A DNA stretch of 62,316 nucleotides from an uncultured virus (IMG/VR IMGVR_UViG_3300021093_006163) (lineage: Duplodnaviria > Heunggongvirae > Uroviricota > Caudoviricetes): the IMG/VR virus record IMGVR_UViG_3300021093_006163. The stretch is one strand, 5' to 3'. Position 1 is the stretch's first letter. Each line of letters begins with the position of its first letter. This document shows, one piece after another, positions 40,240 to 50,168 of the stretch. The position numbers and the translations under genes were made by a program. The notes beneath the pieces were generated by a model. The model did not search any database and was not told where the DNA came from. It worked only from the letters and a program-made list of their open reading frames with translations.

Positions 40240-40789
40240 ACTTTCTTATAATTTCAGACTTTATTGTAGGACAGGCGTTGCCACAGCCAACAATGAGTTC
40301 ATAAACAGCCATAAGAGATAAAATCTCAGCACTGTGAAAATACTTCACATCAAAGCAAACTTCATTTATCTTTGGATCAAGCGCTATGGACTTTTGTCCA
40401 GAAATTAGAACGCATGAAAAATTGTACCTTGTGTTTGCCCAGTCAAGCGCCTTAAGAATTGACTTGGAATTTCCTGATCCTGATAAGCCAATCAGCAGGG
40501 ACTTTGTGTTTCCAGTGGCGTATCTAGAAAGCCACTTTACAAACATCTCATCATAAGAAAAGTCATTTGCAACTGAGGTGGCAAAACTTTGACTATCAAG
40601 CGAGTATGTCCGCTTGTTTGTTAGCCTAGAAATATCAGAGGCACCATGCGATGCAACGGACATGTTTCCACCATTTCCAATTATGTAGACATCTTCTGCA
40701 GCATTAAAATCAGTCTGCAATGTCTTCCATTGTTGTGTTCCAACAGTCCTCTCAAATGTAGGCTCCAGGTTCTCAAAATCAGTTAGCAT
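40229..40789 (-). CDS. gmhA: SIS-domain sugar-phosphate isomerase, phosphoheptose isomerase (GmhA)-like
   Basis: IGNGGN..VASH, ANDFSY, LSGSGNS, AE; divergent from bacterial GmhA. Confidence 0.72.
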   Translation of the reverse strand: MLTDFENLEPTFERTVGTQQWKTLQTDFNAAEDVYIIGNGGNMSVASHGASDISRLTNKRTYSLDSQSFATSVANDFSYDEMFVKWLSRYATGNTKSLLIGLSGSGNSKSILKALDWANTRYNFSCVLISGQKSIALDPKINEVCFDVKYFHSAEILSLMAVYELIVGCGNACPTIKSEIIRKYGK

Positions 40790-41996
40790 ACATAGTCTCC
40801 GTAATTAACTTAACAGCTTCTTCTCGATCTTGATCTGTTGCCGTGAGAGAAGGCCTGAGCCTTATCGATCTTTCTCCTGCTGTATTACAGATCATTCCCC
40901 TTTCTCTGAGTTTCATTACAAACTTATCTCTTTTTCCACGGGTGATTAGGTCAAAACCAATTAAAACGCCTGATCCTCTTACTTTTTCAATTCCGTCTAT
41001 CAGAGAAAGCTGTTCTCTTATTTTTTCTCCAAAAATCTTTACATCTTTCAATATCTTAAATTCATGTTCTTTTATCTTATTAATTATGTGATGGCACCTA
41101 ACCATGTCTGTTAGATCTCCATCAAACGTTACGCAAACTCTTCCTGCATTTCCTTCTTCAAATATCTGAGAGAAGTTTTCCTTGATGAAGAATCCAGAAA
41201 CTTGGCTCTTCTTTCCAAATACTACAACGTCAGGTTCCCAATTCAAGCTATTGAAAAACCAGATATTTCCTGTGCTACAAAATCCGGTTTGAACCTCGTC
41301 AAATATTAGCGGGACTTTGTACTTTTCTGTTAAGAATCTTATCTCATTTAATGTCTCAACAGGTACAACAATGTCTCCAAATGTGCATTGAATGGGTTCA
41401 AGTATTACAGAAGAGACATTTTCTTCTCTTAAAATTTTTTCCAAAGATCTTAAGTCTGAAATATCAACTTTTGGCCACCCAATGTTTGGGCAATCTTGTA
41501 ATCTTTTTTTCACATTTCCGCATCTATCAGTGAGAAAATTTCCATACGATGTTATTCCATGAAAAGAATTAAGAAAAGAAACTGAAACAAAATTACTGTT
41601 CTTTTCTTGTCTCATCTTGTGAAACAGACATGATTTTATTGCATGTTCAACAGCGAGCGCACCCGTACAAGAAAAATGAACGGATGCGAAGCTTCTTGGA
41701 ATTGCAAATCTGGAAAAATTATCAACAAATCTATTAAATTCTGGTGTTCTCATCTCGCAATTGGAAACTTTGACCCTTGACACCCTTATCATGTCTTGTT
41801 CAAATTCTTTTGTTAAGAAAGACGGGTGATTGTAACCAAGAGGCAAAGATGAGTACATACCAAAAAAATCTAGATATTTCCTCTGTGTGATATTGTCAAA
41901 GATATAAGATCCTTCACTTTTTTCCAGATCGAGCTGGATCCTGTGAAAGCTTATATCAGCTGTTTTTATTTCTCGTCCTGTAACCATGTTTGACAT
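40779..41996 (-). CDS. PLP-dependent class III aminotransferase (lysine-6-/GABA-transaminase-like)
   Basis: YLDF...LGYNHP, TGALAVE, SFHG, EPIQ, FDEVQTG, FGKK, RGSG. Confidence 0.9.
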   Translation of the reverse strand: MSNMVTGREIKTADISFHRIQLDLEKSEGSYIFDNITQRKYLDFFGMYSSLPLGYNHPSFLTKEFEQDMIRVSRVKVSNCEMRTPEFNRFVDNFSRFAIPRSFASVHFSCTGALAVEHAIKSCLFHKMRQEKNSNFVSVSFLNSFHGITSYGNFLTDRCGNVKKRLQDCPNIGWPKVDISDLRSLEKILREENVSSVILEPIQCTFGDIVVPVETLNEIRFLTEKYKVPLIFDEVQTGFCSTGNIWFFNSLNWEPDVVVFGKKSQVSGFFIKENFSQIFEEGNAGRVCVTFDGDLTDMVRCHHIINKIKEHEFKILKDVKIFGEKIREQLSLIDGIEKVRGSGVLIGFDLITRGKRDKFVMKLRERGMICNTAGERSIRLRPSLTATDQDREEAVKLITETMYAN

Positions 41997-43137
41997 CTTC
42001 TCGACTTACAGCAAGTCTAACAGCGGGTTTATTCCCAGCTGCTGTAATCTTATGCCATGTGTTTCGAGGTATAAAAACTATATCATCTTTGACAACTCTT
42101 TTCACCTCATTATTAATTTCAAAGTCCCATTCTCCATCAACAATGTACCACCACTCATTCCAGCTAGGGTGAAAATGAAGCCTGTTTCCTTCTCCAGGTT
42201 GCTGAGAGATCAAGCAACAGCTGTTATTTTCTGTATTAACGACCCTTCGAAGCCAAGAATCTTTGTCTTTATTCTCCTCGATTACTTCTCGAACCTTTGT
42301 AATTGTGATATTCGCGGAGTCAAAGTCTGAGCTATTGACTCCGTCTCTTCCAAGAATTGATGGAACATGCTCTTCATATTCGACAAGCGAGTCAATTTCT
42401 GGATCAAAATATCTCGGCTCTACCTTTTTCTGTCTATTTATGTGCGAGTAAATAACTTCTGCAAGTTCAAAATCTTCAACAGTATCAATATCAACCGTGG
42501 AAAAACCTTTAATTTCAAAGAAGCCAGTCTTCCCATCGCCTCCGTGATACGCAGCGCCAAATTTTTTCATATTTTCTAGAAACTTTGAAGATCTCCATGA
42601 CATCATGCCGCAAGCATATGCAAAAATAGGATTCAAGCTCTGAGATGGCGGCGTCTTCTTCTTCTGATTAAAATTAATTGGCGTAGAGTTGTGAATGCAC
42701 TCAATTTGATTTGATTTGATTAAGATCAAAGTATCAAGATTTTGATCAATCATCTTGTTGACAAATTTTGAAATCTCTTCTTTGTTTAAAAAGGGAGATG
42801 TTGATAAAAACTGGAAGAGAATATCGCATCCTGTTTTCTCAATAAAGTCTCTTGCAAAATCATCGTTTGTCGCTTCATCTGTTGAAAGAGAAGGATCTCT
42901 CTTATAGAAGTTTACGCCATGCATCTCCGCAATCTTTTTGAATATTTCAGATTCAGAGTTGATAAAAATTTCATCTTTCTTAAAACACCCTGACTCAATT
43001 ACTGCCTCTATGATGAAAGAAATTAGAGGCTTCCCATCTATCATTCTTAGATTTTTATTAGGAACTCTCTTGCTTCCCATTCTAGCTGGGATCATTGCGA
43101 GCTTTTTAGTCTGGATTGAACTCTTATTTGAATGCAT
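41956..43137 (-). CDS. CMP-ulosonate synthetase (NeuA/KdsB-like cytidylyltransferase) fused to a C-terminal cupin
   Basis: IPARMGSKRVPNKN, TSPF, DIDT; cupin motifs HFHPSWNEWWYI and IPRNTWH. Confidence 0.88.
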   Translation of the reverse strand: MHSNKSSIQTKKLAMIPARMGSKRVPNKNLRMIDGKPLISFIIEAVIESGCFKKDEIFINSESEIFKKIAEMHGVNFYKRDPSLSTDEATNDDFARDFIEKTGCDILFQFLSTSPFLNKEEISKFVNKMIDQNLDTLILIKSNQIECIHNSTPINFNQKKKTPPSQSLNPIFAYACGMMSWRSSKFLENMKKFGAAYHGGDGKTGFFEIKGFSTVDIDTVEDFELAEVIYSHINRQKKVEPRYFDPEIDSLVEYEEHVPSILGRDGVNSSDFDSANITITKVREVIEENKDKDSWLRRVVNTENNSCCLISQQPGEGNRLHFHPSWNEWWYIVDGEWDFEINNEVKRVVKDDIVFIPRNTWHKITAAGNKPAVRLAVSREDVKHGYRTRNKNS

Positions 43138-43146
43138 TCTTTGCTC

Positions 43147-43803
43147 CTATAAGTCAGATGTTGCGTCTTTGAAGATCTTCAAAGCAACCGGATTGATAGA
43201 ATATACTTCCAAGTCTGGATAACAATTTTCAAGAAAATTTTTCATTTTATTCCAGTGGCTAAGAAGCTTTACCATTTCCCCATTTCCAGTACTGAAGCTT
43301 GTATGGAATGTTCCCTTTGAGTAATCGCAATCATGACCTACAAGGTATATCTTTTTGAATCCCATAAAGGAGAGAACTTGCATAACATCAAAAGAAATCG
43401 ATCCCCACCTAGCGATAGGAAATATCGTAGGATCTGGAGAGAAGACCGATCTTAGCCTCGTATTATAATGAAGCGAATTTTTTACTGATCCTGGTATTCT
43501 TTTGGGGATATTCAATTCATCCCTTGGGTCAATCCCAACAAACTTCTGAATCCTAGCTTCAAAGCTGTTAAATTCTTCTATTCTTTGATAAAATTTTGGA
43601 TCTGCAGCATCTCCTGTAAAAAAGTAATCAAGTTCAAATCCCAGAAATATGGTCTCGTTAACTCCAATTCTAACTGCATCCTTTGCAAGAGATATGTCAA
43701 AATCTCTCACTGTAGGTCCAGATCCGAAAAAGAAAGCAGTCTCCGCTAGGTGCTTGTTTCTAAATTTTTCAAAGTCGCAGAAATACACTTCTTTGATCTC
43801 CAT
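43147..43803 (-). CDS. DUF115/Maf-like (CstII-type fold) putative CMP-sugar transferase
   Basis: FGSGPT, IGVNE, SIS, MGFKKIYLVGHD. Confidence 0.7.
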   Translation of the reverse strand: MEIKEVYFCDFEKFRNKHLAETAFFFGSGPTVRDFDISLAKDAVRIGVNETIFLGFELDYFFTGDAADPKFYQRIEEFNSFEARIQKFVGIDPRDELNIPKRIPGSVKNSLHYNTRLRSVFSPDPTIFPIARWGSISFDVMQVLSFMGFKKIYLVGHDCDYSKGTFHTSFSTGNGEMVKLLSHWNKMKNFLENCYPDLEVYSINPVALKIFKDATSDL

Positions 43804-44428
43804 ATGAAGTCCTTCTCAGGACCTTTGAAATTGACTGCCTGGAATTTCCAACATCAGACAAGCTACCTCCTGAAGTTAAGTGAATTTCTTCGACTTCATC
43901 AAGGTAGCGCTTGTTAATTTCACTGTACGATTTTTGAATGTCTGGAATATTAAAGTCATCAAGTATGATGTAAGAGCCTTCTCTTGCAAGAGCTATTGAG
44001 AACTCTAGATCTGATTTTGCTATCTCATAAGAATGACCTCCGTCAATATGAATTAGATCAAAAGACGCTGGCCTTCTTTGAGATATCTCAGCTAGTGTCA
44101 AAGTTGTGTCTCCCTCAACAGTATGAAAAGACGGGAATTCTTCAGAAAACTTTCTCCAAATTTCTTTCACGTATTCATGAAAACAGATATCAAAAGATAT
44201 GAACTCAATGATATTTTTTCCCTCTCTTAGCAAAGAGAAAGCTCCGTGGCCCATGTTAAAGCCAATCTCTATGACGCTGCTTTTCTCTGGGAGCATTGAA
44301 GCGTATTTCGACAAGAGAAGTGATTTTCCAGGATATCTGGCTGTAAATCCTTCTTCGGGTCTAAATCCAGATGTAAGGTAAGACCACCTCGGATCTCTCC
44401 AGATGTCTTCAAAATTTTGATTATTCAC
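43769..44428 (-). CDS. Class I SAM-dependent methyltransferase (Methyltransf_24-like)
   Basis: IEIGFNMGHG, DLIHIDGGHSY, ILDD. Confidence 0.85.
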   Translation of the reverse strand: MNNQNFEDIWRDPRWSYLTSGFRPEEGFTARYPGKSLLLSKYASMLPEKSSVIEIGFNMGHGAFSLLREGKNIIEFISFDICFHEYVKEIWRKFSEEFPSFHTVEGDTTLTLAEISQRRPASFDLIHIDGGHSYEIAKSDLEFSIALAREGSYIILDDFNIPDIQKSYSEINKRYLDEVEEIHLTSGGSLSDVGNSRQSISKVLRRTSYGDQRSVFLRL

Positions 44429-44437
44429 CTAATTCTC

Positions 44438-45370
44438 CTAAAGCGTAGTGTAGTCGCTTTCACTTGCTGTCTCGGGCCTAATGGGTTTCTTCAGCCATGA
44501 ACCATGTTCATCAATCGGAGCTGACCATCCTATGGGAGATGCAATTTCTTCTATTGAAACTGGAAATTTATTGAAGTCAAATATCGCTTGATCAACCGAC
44601 GTAATGCTATAGTACCTGGAGCTCGGACCTTTTGCAGGCCAATATTGCCCATACCTTCGATTTCCCCTAATTCTGGCATTGGTCCCGCGCGGATCGGTGT
44701 ATATTGCAATAGAGGCTGGGACAGCAGGAACAGCGCAGTAGATCTCGATCGAATTCTCTGATTTGATCCTTTTGACTTTTTGCAGCATAGCTGTCTCAGA
44801 GTCTAGCGTTCCCTCGTGATTGACATTGTTCTCACTCCAGGGATAGAATCTTTCTACAGCCTTTCTAGAGTACATGCAGTCTCCAGCTCCTGAGAATGGG
44901 GGTCTCTCGAGATCAAAACAGAACTTTATCTTACCATCTCCGAAAAAATGCGTCATTGACTTTGCATGAGAGTTGTGTGTTACTCTTCTTTGAGCATCAA
45001 GGCAGATACAGCCAACTGTGTCGATGTTTGAACGATAGAAGCTAACAAACTCAGTAAGCCAGCCATTAACAACAAACTGCATGTCTCCCTGGAGCGGTAT
45101 GATGAACTCTCCTGTTGCAAGACTGCAAACTTTGTTTAGACCCTTGGCAAACTCATTAGCTGGATCTCTAGATTCATTCCTAACTACTAAGACTCCTTGA
45201 GACTTTAGCTCTTCAAGAAATTCTAAAGTGCCAGACTCAGTGGATGCATTGTCTACTACAATGATCTCCTTGTCTGGATACTCTGATGTGGTTGAAACTA
45301 TCGATTCATAACAGCTCTTCAGATAATGAAGTCGATTGCAATTCACTATTCCAAATGTTACTTTTTCCAT
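44438..45370 (-). CDS. Glycosyltransferase, GT-A (GT2-like)
   Basis: VNCNR, VVDNAS, GLN, LQGD; TGATG coupling and GGAG SD favour the start at 45370. Confidence 0.8.
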   Translation of the reverse strand: MEKVTFGIVNCNRLHYLKSCYESIVSTTSEYPDKEIIVVDNASTESGTLEFLEELKSQGVLVVRNESRDPANEFAKGLNKVCSLATGEFIIPLQGDMQFVVNGWLTEFVSFYRSNIDTVGCICLDAQRRVTHNSHAKSMTHFFGDGKIKFCFDLERPPFSGAGDCMYSRKAVERFYPWSENNVNHEGTLDSETAMLQKVKRIKSENSIEIYCAVPAVPASIAIYTDPRGTNARIRGNRRYGQYWPAKGPSSRYYSITSVDQAIFDFNKFPVSIEEIASPIGWSAPIDEHGSWLKKPIRPETASESDYTTL

Positions 45371-46071
45371 CAATTCTTCTCCAGGACTAGAACCATGAGA
45401 CCGTTCCACCATTCGTTCATGTCACCCCAGTGAGGCGGGGTGGCACCAATTTGTGCAGGACAGCTTTGAACACATCTTAGCTTCATTCCTGATTGTCTTA
45501 GACCTTCATTGGTTCCCTCTTGAACCCTGGAATCGTTCCAATCATCAACAATCATGATGAATCTATCTTCAAGAACATCTTTGAAATAAGTCATTGATCT
45601 TATATGATCTTCTATTTCATGTCCGCCATCAAAAAAGAAAACATTAAATTTTTTCTTTATCAAGCTTTTATCAATTGAAAAGCAGTCCCCAGTGAAGAGT
45701 GAAAAATTATCTCCTAGTTTTTCATCTTGGGGAGAAAAGCCCAAATAATAATTGCAATTTTCTAAGAATTTTTGTTTGCCATTTTCTCCATTTTTTATCT
45801 TAACCCAGAGATCTGATGCACAAACGTAATCGGGGGTGTTATTTTTCATTGCTGATATGAAGGTTGAACCACTCGCAGTTCCAACTTCAAAATATCTAAC
45901 ATCCTGATATGAGCAAATATTATTCAAGAAATGTCTAACCTTCGGAGAGGACATTCCAGGCATATTCAGAACTTCTTCACCTAGAGATGAGTCAAGATTG
46001 TTTGCTCTCTGGACCGAAACCAAAACTCTACCAATTAATTCTTCTACAGTCACAGTATTGCTATGCTCCAT
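45370..46071 (-). CDS. Class I SAM-dependent methyltransferase (Methyltransf_24-like)
   Basis: FEVGTASGS, FFDGGH, IVDDW. Confidence 0.8.
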   Translation of the reverse strand: MEHSNTVTVEELIGRVLVSVQRANNLDSSLGEEVLNMPGMSSPKVRHFLNNICSYQDVRYFEVGTASGSTFISAMKNNTPDYVCASDLWVKIKNGENGKQKFLENCNYYLGFSPQDEKLGDNFSLFTGDCFSIDKSLIKKKFNVFFFDGGHEIEDHIRSMTYFKDVLEDRFIMIVDDWNDSRVQEGTNEGLRQSGMKLRCVQSCPAQIGATPPHWGDMNEWWNGLMVLVLEKN

Positions 46072-47098
46072 TTTGATTTGCTATCTCTGCGATAATATCA
46101 TCTAAAGATGTTGAAATAGACCAACCTGGATAGTGTTTCTTGAATTTACTCATATCAGTGTAATAACAGATGTGATCACCTATTCTATTTTGATCAACAT
46201 ACTCAAATTCTAGCTCATATCCTGTTAGTTTTTTAATTTTTTCAATCGTTTCAAGAATTGATGCGCTATTCTCTTTTCCTCCTCCAAGATTGTAGACCTC
46301 ACCCTTTCGAGGAGATTCGATGAATCTCTCTAAGCAAGATATCACATCTCTACTGTGTATCTGATCTCTAACCTGTTTTCCCTTGTATCCGAATATTCTG
46401 TATTTTTTTCCCTCAATTGCACACTTTATGATGTAGGATAGAAATCCATGAAGCTCAACACCCGCGTGTTGTGGCCCAGTTAGACACCCTCCCCTAAAGA
46501 CACCCACATTCATCTCAAAGTATCTTCCATATTCTTGTGCTAGCAAATCGGCTGATGCTTTTGAGGCACCAAATAGTGAATGCAAACACTGATCTATTGA
46601 TAGTTTTTCACTTATTCCGTTCTTGTACTCTTCTGGACGAAAATCGTATCTAAGATCAGATTCATCCATTTGAATATGGTTTGGTGCGTCACCATAGACT
46701 TTATTTGTGCTAACATGCACAAATGTCGCATCCTTTGCATACCGTCTTGTTGACTCTAGCAGGTTAAGTGTTCCAACAGCATTAATGCTGAAGTCATCAA
46801 AAGGAATATCAGCTGCCTTGTCGTGCGAGGGCTGAGCTGCTGCATGAATCACGACGTCTGGCTCGATCTCTCTGATTGTCTCAAGTATAGACAATCTGTC
46901 TGTAATGGAAATCTCAAAATGATTGTAATTTTTATGCTGCCTTAATTCATTGATAACTTTGGTAACATCTCCTCCGGGACCAAAAAGTGTCATCCTAGTA
47001 TTGTTGTCTATTCCATAAACTTTTGCACCTTTCTTTATCCAGTGAAGTGCTGCTTCACTTCCGATCAATCCGCCCGATCCTGTTACTAGTACTCTCAC
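46061..47098 (-). CDS. NDP-sugar epimerase, CDP-paratose 2-epimerase (RfbE/Tyv)-like SDR
   Basis: TGSGGLIG, AAQPSH, STNKVYGD, FGASK, GKQVRD. Confidence 0.85.
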   Translation of the reverse strand: MRVLVTGSGGLIGSEAALHWIKKGAKVYGIDNNTRMTLFGPGGDVTKVINELRQHKNYNHFEISITDRLSILETIREIEPDVVIHAAAQPSHDKAADIPFDDFSINAVGTLNLLESTRRYAKDATFVHVSTNKVYGDAPNHIQMDESDLRYDFRPEEYKNGISEKLSIDQCLHSLFGASKASADLLAQEYGRYFEMNVGVFRGGCLTGPQHAGVELHGFLSYIIKCAIEGKKYRIFGYKGKQVRDQIHSRDVISCLERFIESPRKGEVYNLGGGKENSASILETIEKIKKLTGYELEFEYVDQNRIGDHICYYTDMSKFKKHYPGWSISTSLDDIIAEIANQNGA

Positions 47099-48729
47099 TT
47101 TTTCCTCTTCTCTACAAGAATTGAAAACTCTGGAAAATAAAGATAATCAAGATCAGTCCCTAAAAAGCAGGCAAGTGCATGATCAGGAGTCTCGCAAATT
47201 GGCTCTCTATCGTTAAAGCTAGTATTTAAGACAATAGGGACGCCTGTTAAGTCATACCACTTCTTAATGAAATCATAATACCACTTGTTGTCATTTCGAT
47301 GCACAGTCTGCAATCTTGCCGATCCATCGAAGTGAACAACAGCGGGAACCTTTGACTTAACCTCCTCCTTAAATGGAATTACGAACTGCATGTATGGACT
47401 GTCTTGCGGAGACTCAAACCAGTTGCTTACATGATCAGAAAGAATAGAAGGCGCGAAGGGCCTAAACCACTGTCTGTGTTTTACCTTGAGATTTACCCTG
47501 TCTTTCATCTCCGTTGTCCTGGGATCAGCAAGTATGCTTCTATTTCCAAGTGCACGTCTTCCAGATTCACTCTTTGAATTAAAGACAGAGATAATCTTCC
47601 CGTTAGACATCAGATTGACAACTTCATCATCAGATGTCTTTCTATGAATCACATATTCAGTCATTTTTTCTAGTGCTTGATTGACAGATTCAATTCCCCA
47701 GTCTTCTCCCAGGTAAGGAGAGAAGCTTTCAGACCATTTCACTCTTGAATTTCCAAGAACATGATGCCAGAGATATTGTGCTGCTCCAATACAAAGACCG
47801 CCATCATAAGGAACTGGAGGAATGTAGACATTTTCAAGATTTGGAAACCATCTCTTGATCTTTCCCATTGCAACAGAGTTGAGAGAAACCCCTCCTGCAA
47901 GACAGAGATTCTTTGCACCCGTTTGAGAAATTATCTCACCTAGCAGAGCCTGAATAATCCACTCGGTTGCAGCTTGAAATCCTGCAGCAAGGTGATATTT
48001 TTCTTCTTCAGAGCTATCTGCCAGCTTTACCCAGGGATCAAGATAAGGATGAACTGGATCGCTAGGAGAGGTTGCTCCCTGCGGCTGATTTGGTGGTTTA
48101 AACCCAGCCGCAATCTTGTCTCTTGTTAACATTATCTTAAAGTCTTCAACGTATTTTTGAGGGTCTCCAAGCGCTGCCATTGCCATGACAGTTCCTTCTT
48201 GTCCGCCAAGGGGCCAACCATTATTTAGCCTAAAAACATATCTAACAACCCTTGTCCAGACTCCTCCTATGTTGATCTCAGCAGGATTGAAAGTTCTGAC
48301 ATGATTAAGCTTGGTTCCGATTCCGGAATAGACCGAACATGCTGATTCTCCGCCTCGATCATCTTCGACTCCGCCGCCATCAATTGTTACTACAATTGAG
48401 TCTTCTATGTTGCTTGAATAAAAAGCGTGTGCTGCATGTGCAAGATGGTGAGAAACAAAATGAAAATCTCCTCCGTTCTTCTCACAAAGCATCTTTGCCT
48501 TTTCAAAAGATTTTTCATATTGAAGAACCTTTTTCTTGGGGTAGACAGAAACGAAGTGTGTAACATCGTCACACTTTTCTTTTATCCTATCAAATAGGAA
48601 TCCAATAGAGTCTCCTGGGGGGTTCTTTTCTCTAGAATATCTCTCCAGCTCAGCGTGAACTGTTGTAATTCCATTCTCAAGCAAACAAAATGAACAGTCG
48701 TGACCCGACCACACACCTGCGATTTTCAT
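47095..48729 (-). CDS. O-carbamoyltransferase (NodU/CmcH/TobZ family)
   Basis: HD, ERYSREK, HHLAHA, IDGGG, AGGVSLN, RALGNRSILADP, RPFAP, DGSARLQTV, LNTSFN. Confidence 0.93.
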   Translation of the reverse strand: MKIAGVWSGHDCSFCLLENGITTVHAELERYSREKNPPGDSIGFLFDRIKEKCDDVTHFVSVYPKKKVLQYEKSFEKAKMLCEKNGGDFHFVSHHLAHAAHAFYSSNIEDSIVVTIDGGGVEDDRGGESACSVYSGIGTKLNHVRTFNPAEINIGGVWTRVVRYVFRLNNGWPLGGQEGTVMAMAALGDPQKYVEDFKIMLTRDKIAAGFKPPNQPQGATSPSDPVHPYLDPWVKLADSSEEEKYHLAAGFQAATEWIIQALLGEIISQTGAKNLCLAGGVSLNSVAMGKIKRWFPNLENVYIPPVPYDGGLCIGAAQYLWHHVLGNSRVKWSESFSPYLGEDWGIESVNQALEKMTEYVIHRKTSDDEVVNLMSNGKIISVFNSKSESGRRALGNRSILADPRTTEMKDRVNLKVKHRQWFRPFAPSILSDHVSNWFESPQDSPYMQFVIPFKEEVKSKVPAVVHFDGSARLQTVHRNDNKWYYDFIKKWYDLTGVPIVLNTSFNDREPICETPDHALACFLGTDLDYLYFPEFSILVEKRKK

Positions 48730-48746
48730 CAAATTTCCTTTGTTTT

Positions 48747-49454
48747 TTATTTTTCGATCAAGTGACGATTTCTCTTCGGAGTACTTCTCTTGCACAAAAT
48801 TATTATCCTCTCCCTGTTGGAGAGATTTTTGTAGTTATCAGAATCATCAATTATTTCCCATCCAGACATCTCAAGCATTGACTTACAAGCCTTTTTTGAT
48901 GGATGGAAACTACAGGTCTCTATGTTTCGATACAGGCTGGAATAGGGAGGGTGATGAACCTCTACAACGTTTAAATCAATTAGAGATTCATTTCTAGTAG
49001 TAGAAGATTCAAAAACCATGAAAGCATCATCGTTAGAAATTTCATGTAGCTTCCTTAGCTGTCCCATCTGGTCAACATTGTGATAAATTATGCCAGAATA
49101 AAAAAGAAGATCATATTTTTTTATGGAAGTAAATTTTCCAAAATCCTGGTAGTGAAAATCAAAATTTTCTGTTCTTATCCTAGAAACCCAGCTTCCATTT
49201 TCTCTAGCGTAGTGCTGCTGTGATCTAAACTTATTTGGTGCCTCGACGCATGTAATGCTTCCTGGCTCATATAGATCAATAAGCATAGTGTGGAGACCGT
49301 GCTTTGGTCCAACCTCAAAGTAGCTTTTTCCCGTGAGGTCATAATGTATTGCTGCTAGAGAATTTTGAGCAAAAATCCAAGTTGATCCTCCTTCTAGAGA
49401 GAGCGTATCTACTTCACTGCCATTAACCAGATACAAGTTTTCTTGAAATTTCAA
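48747..49454 (-). CDS. Class I SAM-dependent methyltransferase
   Basis: FEVGPKHG, YDLLFYSGIIYH; TTG start with AGGAG SD. Confidence 0.75.
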   Translation of the reverse strand: MKFQENLYLVNGSEVDTLSLEGGSTWIFAQNSLAAIHYDLTGKSYFEVGPKHGLHTMLIDLYEPGSITCVEAPNKFRSQQHYARENGSWVSRIRTENFDFHYQDFGKFTSIKKYDLLFYSGIIYHNVDQMGQLRKLHEISNDDAFMVFESSTTRNESLIDLNVVEVHHPPYSSLYRNIETCSFHPSKKACKSMLEMSGWEIIDDSDNYKNLSNRERIIILCKRSTPKRNRHLIEK

Positions 49455-49504
49455 AGTACCAATCTCCTTTCAAAACTATAAATTATTTTTTCTAAGAATA
49501 AACC

Positions 49505-49864
49505 CTAGTCGCCCTTCTCAATTCTGTAAGAATCTTCGTCTAAGTGCTGGGTTGAAAACTCAAAAAGCTCAGTGTCTTGTATTGCAATCATCTGATGTCT
49601 CAAACCTGTATAAACGTGAAAACTGTCTCCTTTCTCAAGGACTTGCTCATTTGCAGTTTTCAAGTCATCTGTGTCTGAGTATTTGACTAGTATTTTTCCA
49701 GATTGAACATAGAATACCTCATCCTTTGTTTTGTGATAATGCCATGAGCACTTTCTATCTTTTGAAAAGTAAAGAAGCTTTCCACAGTATTCTGGAAAAT
49801 TAACAATCCATTTTTCAAATCCCCACCCCTTTGGCACGAATTTAGTCTCTAAAGAAGTCTTCAT
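49505..49864 (-). CDS. Cupin-fold sugar isomerase-like protein
   Basis: PKGWGFE, SWHYHKTKDE, LRHQM, EFST. Confidence 0.82.
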   Translation of the reverse strand: MKTSLETKFVPKGWGFEKWIVNFPEYCGKLLYFSKDRKCSWHYHKTKDEVFYVQSGKILVKYSDTDDLKTANEQVLEKGDSFHVYTGLRHQMIAIQDTELFEFSTQHLDEDSYRIEKGD

Positions 49865-50168
49865 CTTTTATCCCCTTGTCATCAATGTAGAGATCTCCGC
49901 TAGGCTTTCCCATGAATAATCCATTGTGATTAATTCCCCATCTACGCAGCTGATCCAACGTAAGAAGGTAGAATTGTTCATGTGCAACCTCTGGATTGTT
50001 TGAGCTTCTACCCATTCCGCGGGCAGTGTAAAAGATAACCCTATCACCAGATTCAGATATTTTATTGATTTTTTCAATTCTGTGCAGGATAGGGGAACAA
50101 TCAGTGTAATCCCCGGTTGATGTTAGAGAACAAACTGTTCCATCAATGTCAAAAACATAGGTTTTCAT
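49842..50168 (-). CDS. Small HAD phosphatase (capsule-biosynthesis type; possible GmhB surrogate)
   Basis: FDIDGT, YTARG, GKP, YIDDK; directly after the heptose kinase. Confidence 0.8.
   Translation of the reverse strand: MKTYVFDIDGTVCSLTSTGDYTDCSPILHRIEKINKISESGDRVIFYTARGMGRSSNNPEVAHEQFYLLTLDQLRRWGINHNGLFMGKPSGDLYIDDKGIKDEDFFRD

Noticed and set aside
39805..43137. Phosphonate biosynthesis (cytidylyltransferase plus aminotransferase)
   Set aside because: No PEP mutase or phosphonopyruvate decarboxylase; the aminotransferase is class III and the transferase has the NeuA/KdsB IPAR-x-GSKR motif.
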